From positions 1 through 58,114 of IMG/VR virus record IMGVR_UViG_3300048770_000009: a stretch of 58,114 bases of DNA. One strand, written 5' to 3'. Of the stretch, positions 24,827 to 35,300 are shown in pieces; the stretch's first letter is position 1; every line of letters begins with the position of its first letter. Both the position numbers and the translations under genes were made by a program. This stretch comes from a virus. Its lineage: Duplodnaviria; Caudoviricetes. The notes under the pieces are model-generated. The model was not told the DNA's origin. It saw nothing but the letters and a program-made list of their open reading frames with translations, and did no database searches.

Positions 24827-25201
24827 TTGGCTCATTTCGAGACGATTCAGACCGGAAACAGGGTCGAGACGCACATTCGGGGCCGAGTTTTCAGATACGC
24901 ACCCAAACAACCCAAGGGATTGCAGCGGCCGCCGGCGAGCAAAGAACTGCGGCGTGTGTGTGTGCTGGATGGTCACCATGGCGCCATGCTGGAGCGGTGG
25001 GGCGTTGACCAGCCTTGCCACGGTCCCAGGTGCACACATCGTCACCATACGCGGGCTGAGGTTGAGAAGCTGGTGCGCGACGGGATATTGAAGTACGTGG
25101 CCGGGAGCCAGCGCAACGTGGCGGTGTACGTGTATGGGCGGATATGGAAGGGTGTGCCGAGCGGTGGGCCACAAGGCGCTAAGGTGATGCAACTTGTATA
25201 G
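24827..25201 (+). CDS. Hypothetical protein
   Basis: First ORF of the right arm, GAGG RBS and TTG start. Confidence 0.55.
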   Translation: MAHFETIQTGNRVETHIRGRVFRYAPKQPKGLQRPPASKELRRVCVLDGHHGAMLERWGVDQPCHGPRCTHRHHTRAEVEKLVRDGILKYVAGSQRNVAVYVYGRIWKGVPSGGPQGAKVMQLV

Positions 25202-25313
25202 TGCTCACTTTTGAGGCACTTGCAAAGAATCATGCCAAAGACACAAAAATTGGCAAAAACAAGCCTCTACGTTGACCTGAGAGCGATTGCAGAGGGTTCG
25301 ATGGACCACCAGC

Positions 25314-25814
25314 ATGGCAGATTTGAGGTACAAGGATTGGGACGACCCCAAGCGGGAATCGGTGCTGGAGAAGCGCAGTGCCTGGGTTCGGCGACGCCGG
25401 ATGAAGGCGTATCGGTCGGTGCCGGTCTGCCGCCGAGTGTGGTTCGTGACCTTGACTGCAACTGCGGCGGACTTGGACACCTTCTCGCCCCACGACCTCC
25501 CGGCAGGGTTGACGTTCACGCCGCAAGAGTTCTGGTGCCTAAGCCGGCGAGCTGCCAAGAGTTTGATTTTGTTGGACAAGGCAGCCGGGGGTTGCGGGAC
25601 AATGTACGCGGTGGAGTTTCGGCTGTGCCCAAACTGCGGCCGCATCTTGTTGGGCCCAGCGGCGCGCGAGTACCGAGAGAAGCAACTCAAGCCGACGTGG
25701 ATGTGGCACTACCCCGACGGGCCGGCGTGTAATCTTGAGTGCAAGCCCAATGGCCGCGGCGAAGAAAGGCAGCGGCTGACGTACCAAACCGAAAGGATCA
25801 GGTTGCGGCCATGA
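25314..25814 (+). CDS. Cys-rich (Zn-binding) hypothetical protein
   Basis: CPNC...CNLEC; the stop overlaps the next ATG (ATGA). Confidence 0.55.
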   Translation: MADLRYKDWDDPKRESVLEKRSAWVRRRRMKAYRSVPVCRRVWFVTLTATAADLDTFSPHDLPAGLTFTPQEFWCLSRRAAKSLILLDKAAGGCGTMYAVEFRLCPNCGRILLGPAAREYREKQLKPTWMWHYPDGPACNLECKPNGRGEERQRLTYQTERIRLRP

Positions 25815-25978
25815 TTAGAGTATGGTTGTTGCTAAAACAAACGTGGTCACCAACTGAGGGGATCACTGGCGTCGAGTTGATTGGGTGGTACACGTCCAAG
25901 ACAGACGCAGACGGTGCGCGAGCAGATCTCCCATCCGACACGACGTTTGAAGGCTACATAGTTGCCAGGCTGAGGTAA
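25811..25978 (+). CDS. Small hypothetical protein
   Basis: MIRVWLLLKQ...; ATGA overlap. Confidence 0.45.
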   Translation: MIRVWLLLKQTWSPTEGITGVELIGWYTSKTDADGARADLPSDTTFEGYIVARLR

Positions 25979-25985
25979 CGCGGTC

Positions 25986-26168
25986 ATGATCTCAGTTGGC
26001 GACCACGTGTTGATTATCAGCCCGAATGGGCGCAAGGTGCGCTGCCGGGCTATGGTGATGGGGGTTGACGACGGCAATACACTCATCCTCAACCGCAAAC
26101 TGCCGTCAACCGTCAAGCCTGGCGACCTCATCCAGGTGGAGCCGAATACGGGTAAACTTGTCGCATGA
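25986..26168 (+). CDS. Small beta-barrel-like hypothetical protein
   Basis: GAGG RBS; 60 aa. Confidence 0.5.
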   Translation: MISVGDHVLIISPNGRKVRCRAMVMGVDDGNTLILNRKLPSTVKPGDLIQVEPNTGKLVA

Positions 26169-26278
26169 TTACTCTAGCCCTGAATCTCGCCGCCCTGATC
26201 TTCGTCGTGATCGTTGCGCTCATCCTCAAGGCGCTCATCCCCGCCGCGCTCGTCTCCATATCCGACATTTTCATATAG
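26165..26278 (+). CDS. Small membrane peptide (37 aa)
   Basis: MITLALNLAALIFVVIVALILKALIPAALVSISDIFI; ATGA overlap. Confidence 0.45.
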   Translation: MITLALNLAALIFVVIVALILKALIPAALVSISDIFI

Positions 26279-26480
26279 ATGAGGTTTGCGTAGACATGAA
26301 AGCAATGAATTCACTCTGGATAAAGCAATTAGTATGGCCCCCGTGGGCAGAGCGATGCAGGCGAGACATTGCGTGGGGAATATGTATTCGCGCTGTGCAT
26401 CATTTAGCCATGAAACAGTCATACGATCATAACGATTTGGAAGCAGCGAAGTTGATTAACAGAATTGCCAAGGAGTTATC

Positions 26481-26699
26481 TTGATGAGCGAATATCCAGT
26501 AGGACACGCGACGCGCTATCCCACCATCGGAGGAATTCCTGTCTCCGTCCACATGGGCGGTAAATCTGCTTATAACCTCTTGACGGATCAAACTGTAACG
26601 ATTGGCGATGATCGTCCGGAAGTCCACGTGAACGCATTCGCCGTCGCCGAATTGGGCGATTTGATTGTTTGGAAAGACTACAAGGAGAACCATGAATAG
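26481..26699 (+). CDS. Small hypothetical protein
   Basis: AAGGAG RBS. Confidence 0.55.
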   Translation: MMSEYPVGHATRYPTIGGIPVSVHMGGKSAYNLLTDQTVTIGDDRPEVHVNAFAVAELGDLIVWKDYKENHE

Positions 26700-27039
26700 C
26701 AAGAACCAGGCCGAAAGCCTACAGGAGCGCGTCGGCGCCATCGCCAACGTGCCAGTCGCCACCGCAATCAACAACCTCCAAACTGAGTACATCGCCATCG
26801 GCAAGCGCCTGCGCGGCTACTCCATCCAGGTCCACGGCAGCATTCTCAACATGCTGCAAACTGAGTTCCAGCTCCGCCAGGACGAGACCAAGAACGCGAT
26901 CAGCGAGTTCCAGCACCAGGAAGCGGTGCGGCGCGAACACGAGGCGGCCGAGGCTCAGAAGAAACTGGAAGCCGAGCAGGATGCCATCGCTGAAGCCAAC
27001 CGGCCCAAGCTGGCTGTGGTGGGAGCACCAGTACAGTGA
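26692..27039 (+). CDS. Coiled-coil hypothetical protein
   Basis: AAGGAG RBS before ATG 26692; GC3-rich codons. Confidence 0.65.
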   Translation: MNSKNQAESLQERVGAIANVPVATAINNLQTEYIAIGKRLRGYSIQVHGSILNMLQTEFQLRQDETKNAISEFQHQEAVRREHEAAEAQKKLEAEQDAIAEANRPKLAVVGAPVQ

Positions 27040-27311
27040 CCAGTCCCGTCAGCCGTGCATACCTCATCGTCGAGATTGTGGGTCACCCGGAGATGGTCGA
27101 GCCTGAGATTCGCCGATTTCTCAAGCAGTGGCAATCGCAGAGTGCCCGCAGTATGGAGATCCCAGAAGCCACGCGCCACAGTTGCCTGGAGGTTCATATT
27201 GAGCTTTCCGACGGCGATTTAAGCGGGGATGTTGTGAGACTTCGCGCCGCACGCAAGCATACGACCTGCGAGATGTGCGAGTCGGACGAGCCTCTAGGGA
27301 GTGTCAGATGA
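27036..27311 (+). CDS. Hypothetical protein
   Basis: GTGA and ATGA overlaps. Confidence 0.5.
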   Translation: MTSPVSRAYLIVEIVGHPEMVEPEIRRFLKQWQSQSARSMEIPEATRHSCLEVHIELSDGDLSGDVVRLRAARKHTTCEMCESDEPLGSVR

Positions 27312-28825
27312 CAGCGCCCATAGCGCTATCGAGAGCGCAAGGCGACCAACTTAAGACCGTGCCGCCCGGCTTCCGTCTGTTCTTCTCGGTGCTGGCTAAT
27401 GCTTACTACCTCATGCCGCTCAAGTTGCTCCCAATCATCCTCTGCATGTTGACTATCGTGGCGCATAGCCAAACCTGCATCACCAATGCCCAGGTAACGC
27501 TGACCGGCAACCTCCGCAGCGCCAACGGCATTCCCTCCTCAAACTCCATCCTCACGCTGACCCCGAGCCAGCAAGGCCTCATCGCAGGATGTGGAGTCAA
27601 CCTCGCCACGGTCAACACGTGCGCGACATCGACCGATGGTTCCGTCGTCGGCGTCCAGAACCCCCAAACAGCGACAATCAACACCACCAGCGGTGGGGGA
27701 TCCCTGGGTTCTGGCGTCTACTACACGGTTTACGAGTGGTATGACGCTGCCAGCCACGTGACTCTGGTCAGCCCTGAGACCGCAACCAGTCTCGGCACTA
27801 CAGGTACGCTTGTGGTCAACCCACCATCGAGCGGCGTTCCGGCATTGGCAGTTGGGATGGATGTATTCATCTCCACTTCGAGCGGGACTGAGACACTGCA
27901 AGGTCAAACAACTGGGACGGCCTCTTTCGTCCAGTCCACCGCATTGACCTCTGGATCCAGTCCCGCCTCGACCAACACCACGCTGTGCCAAGTGGTGGCG
28001 AACGATGCAGTTTGGCCGACCGGCACCGGCTACAACGTGTCGATGGTCACTGTGAACGGCAATCCAGTTCCCAACTACCCGATGCAATGGCAGTTGCTCG
28101 GACCGGGCAGCACTTACAACCTATCGAACGGCCTGCCTTACTACCACGGCGTGGTCTTCTACCCCGTTCCGATCCTGTCTCAGCCAGCCAACCACGGACA
28201 GCAGAGCATCTCCGGCCCGCTGAACTTTGGAGGATACTACGTGACCGGCGTGGGCAAGCTCGGCGTCGGCACCAACTTCCCTGGCTGGGGCGTGGATGCA
28301 GAGGGAAGCGGGCTCGGTGCGTTTATCAATGCCGCGGGAGGCTATCTTCTTAATGGTTCTGGTGGAGTATCTGGCCAGTATCCATGCTCGGACGGCACTG
28401 CGATAGACCACTTCTGCACACTAAACACGACTTCGTATCAGACGATTGCCTCCAACGGCACAGCGCAGACCCAGCGCCCAACGCTCAATTTCAGTCCAGC
28501 ATTCTCTGTGACTGATTCCAGCTCGCCAGCGCAAACGACCATTGGAATCAACAAAGTGCAGTTGTCGCTTCCGGCAACGACTGTGAACGCCAACACCTGC
28601 ACAGCTCCAGCGACCGCGACACTGACCGGGGTAACCTCGACCTCGACGTTCTCAACAGCGTTCGCGACTAACCCGGTTGCGGCGGTTGGCTGGGGTGCAA
28701 ATGGCGGCCTGGTCGTCGAATTGTGGCCGGACGCCTCTCCCAATATGCTCGATTGGTCGATCTGCAATCAGACTGCATCGAACATCACCCCAACGGCTAT
28801 CGCGTTGAATGTAGGGGTGAACTGA
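27308..28825 (+). CDS. Secreted tail-fibre-like beta protein
   Basis: Start at 27308 or 27413. Signal (M)PLKLLPIILCMLTIVAHS-Q, Thr/Ser/Gly-rich, fibre motif KLGVGTNFP, 8 Cys in the mature chain. Confidence 0.7.
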   Translation: MTAPIALSRAQGDQLKTVPPGFRLFFSVLANAYYLMPLKLLPIILCMLTIVAHSQTCITNAQVTLTGNLRSANGIPSSNSILTLTPSQQGLIAGCGVNLATVNTCATSTDGSVVGVQNPQTATINTTSGGGSLGSGVYYTVYEWYDAASHVTLVSPETATSLGTTGTLVVNPPSSGVPALAVGMDVFISTSSGTETLQGQTTGTASFVQSTALTSGSSPASTNTTLCQVVANDAVWPTGTGYNVSMVTVNGNPVPNYPMQWQLLGPGSTYNLSNGLPYYHGVVFYPVPILSQPANHGQQSISGPLNFGGYYVTGVGKLGVGTNFPGWGVDAEGSGLGAFINAAGGYLLNGSGGVSGQYPCSDGTAIDHFCTLNTTSYQTIASNGTAQTQRPTLNFSPAFSVTDSSSPAQTTIGINKVQLSLPATTVNANTCTAPATATLTGVTSTSTFSTAFATNPVAAVGWGANGGLVVELWPDASPNMLDWSICNQTASNITPTAIALNVGVN

Positions 28826-29313
28826 TGCGCTGGCCTCTACTACTCTTGCTCTGTTGCGCTTCGGTGTTGGCGCAGGTTCCAGGATCTCCGGGAAGGACGA
28901 CATCCGGCGGCAACAACACCCACACTTTCACATTCTCGCCGGGGCTGGGCACGATCACGTGTAGCGGATCAACCTGTTCCGATACTTCCGGTTCGGTCTC
29001 TCCATCGTCTCAAGTGGTCTCAGGTAATCTCCATTTCAATTCGACCCATGACGCCAATTTCAACTTAGGTGGAGCATTTGGATCTGGAACAGGTCAGATA
29101 CAGGTGAGTTGCAACGGTGGCAGCACTTGGATGACGATAGCTTCCGGCAGTGGTAGCGTCGGCGGCGGATTGACCTACGGCTATTCCACGCCGGTCTGCT
29201 CAGGCCCCACCAACCTCAATACCCTGCTCTTCCGGTCGTTTCTGGGCGGCGGCGGGGCTTCGAGTTTCAATATGTCGTTTGAGTCGCCGTCATCGGTCGC
29301 GATTAGCTGGTAG
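28825..29313 (+). CDS. Secreted beta protein
   Basis: Signal MRWPLLLLLCCASVLA-Q; 4 mature Cys; TGATG overlap. Confidence 0.7.
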   Translation: MRWPLLLLLCCASVLAQVPGSPGRTTSGGNNTHTFTFSPGLGTITCSGSTCSDTSGSVSPSSQVVSGNLHFNSTHDANFNLGGAFGSGTGQIQVSCNGGSTWMTIASGSGSVGGGLTYGYSTPVCSGPTNLNTLLFRSFLGGGGASSFNMSFESPSSVAISW

Positions 29314-29360
29314 GCGGCAAGAAACCTCAACCATCAACCCCTCAAAGGAGCACCATCGCC

Positions 29361-30278
29361 ATGCGCAAAGCATTGTTCTCCATCGTCGCGCTGATCCTTG
29401 CCGCCATCTGCGCGGCCCCAGTGTCAGCGCAAACCGCCGTTACCCCGTTCACCGCGCCCTGGTACTACGCCACCAGCTTCCAACTCTGGTCGATCAACCA
29501 GCAGAGCCCCAACACGTACATCTTCCAGGGCCGCAGCCTTTGCAACAGCCAAGGGCAGAACCTCAACTTCTTCGTGTTCAACACCAATGCGCCTGTGCTG
29601 ATTGCGGACTCGAACTCCAGCAACTCGGAGGTTGTGACGCCATCGGCCATCGTGAATACCGCCGGCAGTTGCGGTGCGACCGTGGCGCCAAGCCACAATC
29701 ACTACACCTTCCAGATGAAATCAGGCACTGCCGGACTCCAAGAGGGCATCAACGCTCTCGACGGGCAGGGCGCATGGCCTGCGCTTTTGCTCTTGGATAA
29801 GAACTGGTGGACGATCGCCAACCAGATCCCTGGGACCACGGCGGCTACCATTCTCGGCGCGGCCAAGGGTGATGCTTCAGTCATGGTCGAGGACATCACC
29901 ACTCTTGGACCGATCTATTACGTGTGGAATGGCTCGGCGTATGCCTCTGGAACATGGGTCAACACCGCCCCGACCGCGGCGACAGGCGCGGCCGCAGGCA
30001 CCGCGACCAGCGAAGTTGCGACAGGCACCGCTCTCTCTGGCACCTATTCATTCACCACCGGCACCGCGACCACTGGCACTGTATTCACCGAGACTTGGGC
30101 GAACAGCGGCCAGTTCCAAGCTGCACCAGGCTCTTGCACGGTCACGAGCACTGGAGCGACAGCACCGCCAACCCTGACCGTGACGAACTCCTACTCAAGC
30201 CACGGCATTATGACGGTCTCTGTGGCCTCGGCGCTGGCCAGCACCACAGCGTACAGCTTTAGCTGGAACTGCAAGTAA
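29361..30278 (+). CDS. Secreted fibre-like protein, paralog 1
   Basis: Signal MRKALFSIVALILAAICAAPVSA-Q; SGTAGLQEGIN motif; AAGGAG RBS. Confidence 0.8.
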   Translation: MRKALFSIVALILAAICAAPVSAQTAVTPFTAPWYYATSFQLWSINQQSPNTYIFQGRSLCNSQGQNLNFFVFNTNAPVLIADSNSSNSEVVTPSAIVNTAGSCGATVAPSHNHYTFQMKSGTAGLQEGINALDGQGAWPALLLLDKNWWTIANQIPGTTAATILGAAKGDASVMVEDITTLGPIYYVWNGSAYASGTWVNTAPTAATGAAAGTATSEVATGTALSGTYSFTTGTATTGTVFTETWANSGQFQAAPGSCTVTSTGATAPPTLTVTNSYSSHGIMTVSVASALASTTAYSFSWNCK

Positions 30279-30304
30279 GCTCAACCAAGCCATCGAATGC
30301 ACCG

Positions 30305-30337
30305 GGCGGCCAGAATATGCACTGGCCGCCTTCTTTT
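30305..30337 (+). terminator. Putative intrinsic terminator
   Basis: GGCGGCCAG-N8-CTGGCCGCC followed by TTCTTTT. Confidence 0.65.
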
Positions 30338-30358
30338 ATGCAAAGGAGCAACATCGCC

Positions 30359-31162
30359 ATGAAAAGATTAGTATTGCTTGCAGCGTTTCTGGCTCTGCCA
30401 CTGGCGCTTGCTGCCCAAACCACCAGCGCAACAGCCAGCGTGACGAGCCCGGCCAACGGCCCAGCCAACCTCGCAGGATTGCTCTACGCTGCCAACTTCG
30501 CCCACTGGACCGCCTCACCGACCCCGCAGGGCACGCGCTGGGATAATCCCGGCCAGTGCTACGGCACGTCCGGCGGCCTGGTGTTCCCGCTCTACTCCAC
30601 CAGCGCGCCCATCACCATCGTGGATCTTGGCGTTCCGAGCAACACCGAGACGGTGACGCCGACCCTGGCTAGCTATCTTGGCTCCGGCTGCTCGGTTTCT
30701 TTGCCGGCTACCCATCCCCACTCCAACTACTACCTGCAATCTGGGACGCTCGGCCTCCAGGAAGCGCTGAACTTCGCCGGCTCGGCTCACTATGTCGTGG
30801 TCCTCACTCCAGACTGGCAGACCATGGGCGGCACAACCGGGATGATTACCAGCGCCACGGCCGGGACCAACACCACGATTCTGGATGCGCGCACATCGAC
30901 GCTGGTGCCGTACTCGGGATCAACCCCAGCATCAGGCAGCACCGGAACGGGAAAGCTTGTGCTTCAGACCAACCCAACTCTAATCGGTCCCACCAGCAAC
31001 ACCATTGTCCTCACCGCCGCGGCTCCCACAGTAGCGGCCTCACAGGTCGGTTTGGGCGGCACAACCGCTGCGGCCTCGAACTGCAACACCGTCGGCACAA
31101 GTCCTGCCGCCTGCCTGGTGGTAAACATTGCCGGCACCGTTCACTACATCCCCTACCAGTGA
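30359..31162 (+). CDS. Secreted fibre-like protein, paralog 2
   Basis: Signal MKRLVLLAAFLALPLALAA-Q; SGTLGLQEALN; fibre motif TGTGKLVLQTNPTL. Confidence 0.8.
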   Translation: MKRLVLLAAFLALPLALAAQTTSATASVTSPANGPANLAGLLYAANFAHWTASPTPQGTRWDNPGQCYGTSGGLVFPLYSTSAPITIVDLGVPSNTETVTPTLASYLGSGCSVSLPATHPHSNYYLQSGTLGLQEALNFAGSAHYVVVLTPDWQTMGGTTGMITSATAGTNTTILDARTSTLVPYSGSTPASGSTGTGKLVLQTNPTLIGPTSNTIVLTAAAPTVAASQVGLGGTTAAASNCNTVGTSPAACLVVNIAGTVHYIPYQ

Positions 31163-31166
31163 CCCC

Positions 31167-32387
31167 ATGAAAAAACTCATTCTTTGGCTTGCGATGATCG
31201 CGTTGGGCGCAGGGCAGTTGATCTCTGCGCAGTCTCCTGGGCAACCAACCAGGAACCCTGGCAACGATGCAGGCCTGCTTTACGCCTCCACTTTCGGCCT
31301 CTGGTCAATCCCTCAAGGTAATCAAGGCCAGTTCTCGTGGTCGGCGCCCTCTTTATGCACAACGAACGCCAACGGCATCCCGCTCAACCCAGTATTTGCC
31401 GTTGGAACCCCCATCTACATCAAAGATCAGGTTCCGGCCAACTCTGAAATCGTGGTTCCTACAGCGGTGACTGTCGGAGGCTTCGGCTGCTCGATCACCG
31501 TGAACCCAGTCAATCCACACAAAACATTCACACTCACATCGGCTACTGGTGGGCTCCAAGAAGCCATCAACTACGCCCACGGCCTTCCGTATGAGATTGT
31601 TCTAACGCCGGATTGGACACGGGTGGGCGGAACAACCGGCACTATTACGGCGGCGACCGGCATTACCAACATAAGCATCCTCGATGCGCGCACAGCTTGC
31701 CTGGTTCCCTATATCTGGAATGGCGCTGTTTACACCAATCAAGGGAACTTATGCAGTGGCGGCGGTGGGTTCACTATCAACTCCTTCACCGGCTGCGCTG
31801 GATCGCTTGAACTCGGGCAGACGGTCACGAATCCCACATGCGTGGCGACGTACACCGGGGTTCCGTCGAGCGCCAACATCACCAACACTGACTCGATTGA
31901 CTCGCCACTAGTCCTAAGTTCTCCATTCACAACCGGCACCATCGTTGGCAGCTTCCACCATTCCGCGATCGCAACGACGACTGTGACACTCACGGCGACT
32001 GGAGCTTCTACGCAGACCGCAACCCAGCAGTACACATGGCAGCCGCGCATCTTTGGCGGCGTAGGGACGGCCGGGGCGACCTCAACGGTGACCGCGAGCG
32101 ACACAACCGCCGTGCTGAGCACCAGCGACGCCCTGCCGAGCGCCGGCCTGGGCGCCGAGACGGTTGGACAGACCTTCGGGCCTTACACGCCGAGTGCGCA
32201 GAACGTCTACCTGCTGCTCTTGGGAGGCAGTCACACCTTCATCGACGCCGGCACCGGCTTCCCCTTTGCCTTCAATCCCCCCATTACAGTGACATTCGTC
32301 AATGAGTTTGGCGTGACGGTGACGATGTACCTGTACCAGAGCACCAACCCGCTCTACGGAACGTACACGCCAAAGGTGGCTAGCTAA
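31167..32387 (+). CDS. Secreted fibre-like protein, paralog 3
   Basis: Signal MKKLILWLAMIALGAGQLISA-Q; SATGGLQEAIN. Confidence 0.8.
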   Translation: MKKLILWLAMIALGAGQLISAQSPGQPTRNPGNDAGLLYASTFGLWSIPQGNQGQFSWSAPSLCTTNANGIPLNPVFAVGTPIYIKDQVPANSEIVVPTAVTVGGFGCSITVNPVNPHKTFTLTSATGGLQEAINYAHGLPYEIVLTPDWTRVGGTTGTITAATGITNISILDARTACLVPYIWNGAVYTNQGNLCSGGGGFTINSFTGCAGSLELGQTVTNPTCVATYTGVPSSANITNTDSIDSPLVLSSPFTTGTIVGSFHHSAIATTTVTLTATGASTQTATQQYTWQPRIFGGVGTAGATSTVTASDTTAVLSTSDALPSAGLGAETVGQTFGPYTPSAQNVYLLLLGGSHTFIDAGTGFPFAFNPPITVTFVNEFGVTVTMYLYQSTNPLYGTYTPKVAS

Positions 32388-32388
32388 T

Positions 32389-35300
32389 ATGAAAAATCTG
32401 TCGAAACTGTTGATTCTCGCCATTTTGGCCCCTTGCGCCCTCGCGCAGGTTCCAGCACCGCAGATCCCATTGACCGGCAACATCGGCTCGGGCGGCGTCT
32501 TCCCGAATCGCAATCCGGGAGTTATTTCATTCACATCTGACGCAAATCACACGATGGTCTATCCCGAAATGAGCGCCGGTTTTATCAAAGTGATTAGCTC
32601 GGTCTCGCTCACCGCAACACGAAGTCTTGTGGCCCCCCAGGCAGCAGGCTTCCAATTCACCATCGAGAACGCTACCACCGGAAGCCAGTCTATTCAGGTT
32701 ATCGGCGTGACTGGAACCGGTGTGACGATTACAAATGGCACCACTGTCACGGTGGTCAGCGACGGGACGAACTTCGTGCAGTCAGGAGGAATCAGCGGTG
32801 TTATTTCGATACCCGGTGGTGGCACAGGTGCGACCACGGCCTATGGCGCGGCGACAAACCTCGGGGTTCCGCAATGGACAATCGGAGTGGGCGCTCCCTC
32901 GGCGACGTGCTCGGCAATCGCAAACAATGGTACTTTCTATACGAGCAGCACATCGGAAATCTTCCAGTGTTCAAATGTGACAGGCACGTATCAGTGGAGT
33001 CAGCTTGGACCCACGCTTAACTGCGCGGCGGCATCGGTCTACAGCAACATTTTGTGCTACGGCGGCATCGCCGACTTGCAGCCATCCTTTGGATACATGA
33101 GCTTTGGCTGGTCTAGCGGGGGATATGCTGTTAACGTCACAGGCTCACTTGACGGTTACTCTTGGAATTTCACGTCTGCCGACGTGGGCAAATACATCTC
33201 ATTTAACAAAAACTCAGGAGCTTGGACGGGGGGCTTGCCTTTCGTTGCGAACTCCATCACGACCGCTAACACCGCCAAAATTGTGTCAGTTATTGACGCC
33301 ACCCATTTTACAGTGGATCGGCAGTTCCAGACCACGGACTCAGCCTATGGCATCTGGGGCACGGATAACACCCCCGCTGCCCATGCTTGTTACACAGCAG
33401 TTGTCCAGGGCAACGGCGGAACTTGTGCTTGGCTGGCGGGCCACTATATGCTTGCCACCTATGACCATGACGCTAATGGAAATGTTGTCTACGCCTATGG
33501 TGGTCTTGCTCAAGACTCAGGCGATTATCAGACTAACGCAGGTGGCTCTGGAGCGACGGTCTCTTGTACCACTGTATCCGGACATCTTAACGCTTGCACC
33601 GTAACTGGCGGGGGTACAAACTACCCCGCCTCGAATACAGAAATTCTGGATTTTGGACAGAGTGCTTCTAGCTGGCTTGGATGCCCAACTATTTACGCTG
33701 GTCCGTGCGGTGGTGAGTTCGCTACAGTTACAACTGACTCCAGCGGGCACGTGCAGAACCCTGTCACAATCGTCTATGCCGGTTTTGGTCTAACCGGCAC
33801 AGTAGCTCCAAACGTAATTCCGACTGGCGGAGACGGGGAAGCTGCAACCTGCTCGTTGACTGGCGGCACCTGCGGAACCCCGACCATCACCAATGCTGGC
33901 GGCGGACACCCAACTTCCCAAACTAATTTCCTTGCGATTCACGCTTTCAATGCTGGCGGCTCAACTTGCTCCACTGTCGGCGGCTATGCTGGAACCAACT
34001 TCGTCGGCGTGGGTACAGCCTCATCGAACTCCTCTGGCGGCATTTCCTCTGCCGTGTGGACGACCGCTCCGACAGGATGCGGCTCTGTTGCCCCAACTAT
34101 TGTCTTTGGCCCCTTCGCTTGCTGGGATTCCGGCACGTCCAAGTTTGATGCTCAGTGTACCAACCTATCCCCACTTATCCCCCCGGCTATCCCGATTCAG
34201 GTAGCTCTGGTATCAGGAGCATCTACGTTCGCCCCGACCGGGTCAGCGCTACAGGGTGCCTCCGTCTTTAGCACGTGGGATGGGGTGACTGTTGATACCC
34301 CTACTCCAGGCGTGTTGCAAACTCAATCAGCAATGTTCGGAGGACCGTATAGCCGAGAGGACGTGGGTAATCTGGAAATAGACTCTGGATTTATCGGGCT
34401 GTGGGTAACCAACAACGCCAACAAGGGAAACCAGCACGACATGGTTTTTGCAACAGGTATCGGTATCTTGAGCGCGTCCACCGATCTTGGACTGAAAGTT
34501 AGCAATCTGGAGTTTGACTCAGGCGCTCCCTACGTTAATGGTGGAACATGGAGCCACCGCTCAGACTTCCCGGCTGGCGCGGGTGGGATCAACGATTTTG
34601 AAGGTTTTGACAACATGGTAGTCGAGCCTTCGGCATATAACTCGGTGTACGCCAACCTGGACACCTGGTTTGACAAGGCTGTGTGGCACTCCGACTTTAC
34701 CGGAGACGCCGTGGATATGCCTGAGACTTGCGCTACCCCAATGGGCATTGCACAGCGTCAGACAGGACCGAGCTTTAGCACGCCGCAGGGCGCGAACGCC
34801 ATGTGCTACAAAGGCATCACGGGTTTTGGGTATCTTAATCTCGCCCGCGATAACCGCAACGCTGGAGGATCACCCCTCACCAACCTTAACGGCAAGTATT
34901 TGTACCGTCCGATCTTTTACGGGTCTCTCGGGCCGTCGCCTGTATTCAACTTCGATTGCGAAGGATGCACCACGCTCGTTTCGGACCCATACCGTGTAGA
35001 GTCTGTGCAGGAAGGCGCGATGGAGTTCTCGGGTGGCACTTGGGCGAACATCAACAAGGTGTATTGGAGCGGAAGCCCAATCTTGCAGCCCTTGTGGAAT
35101 TTCCAAGGGCTATCTACCTATGGCACTGCCGGTTCTCCAATCGGGACGGCATGGAGCGAAATCGGCGCGTCTGCCCCAGTGAACGCTCAGCCTGTGCAGA
35201 ACCTGAACATTCAGGCTCAGATTCAAAACCAATTTGGTGAAGCGATCACCTTCAACCCGGCAACTGGAATTCCCGGTGAGATTGACTTCCTGAACCAGAG

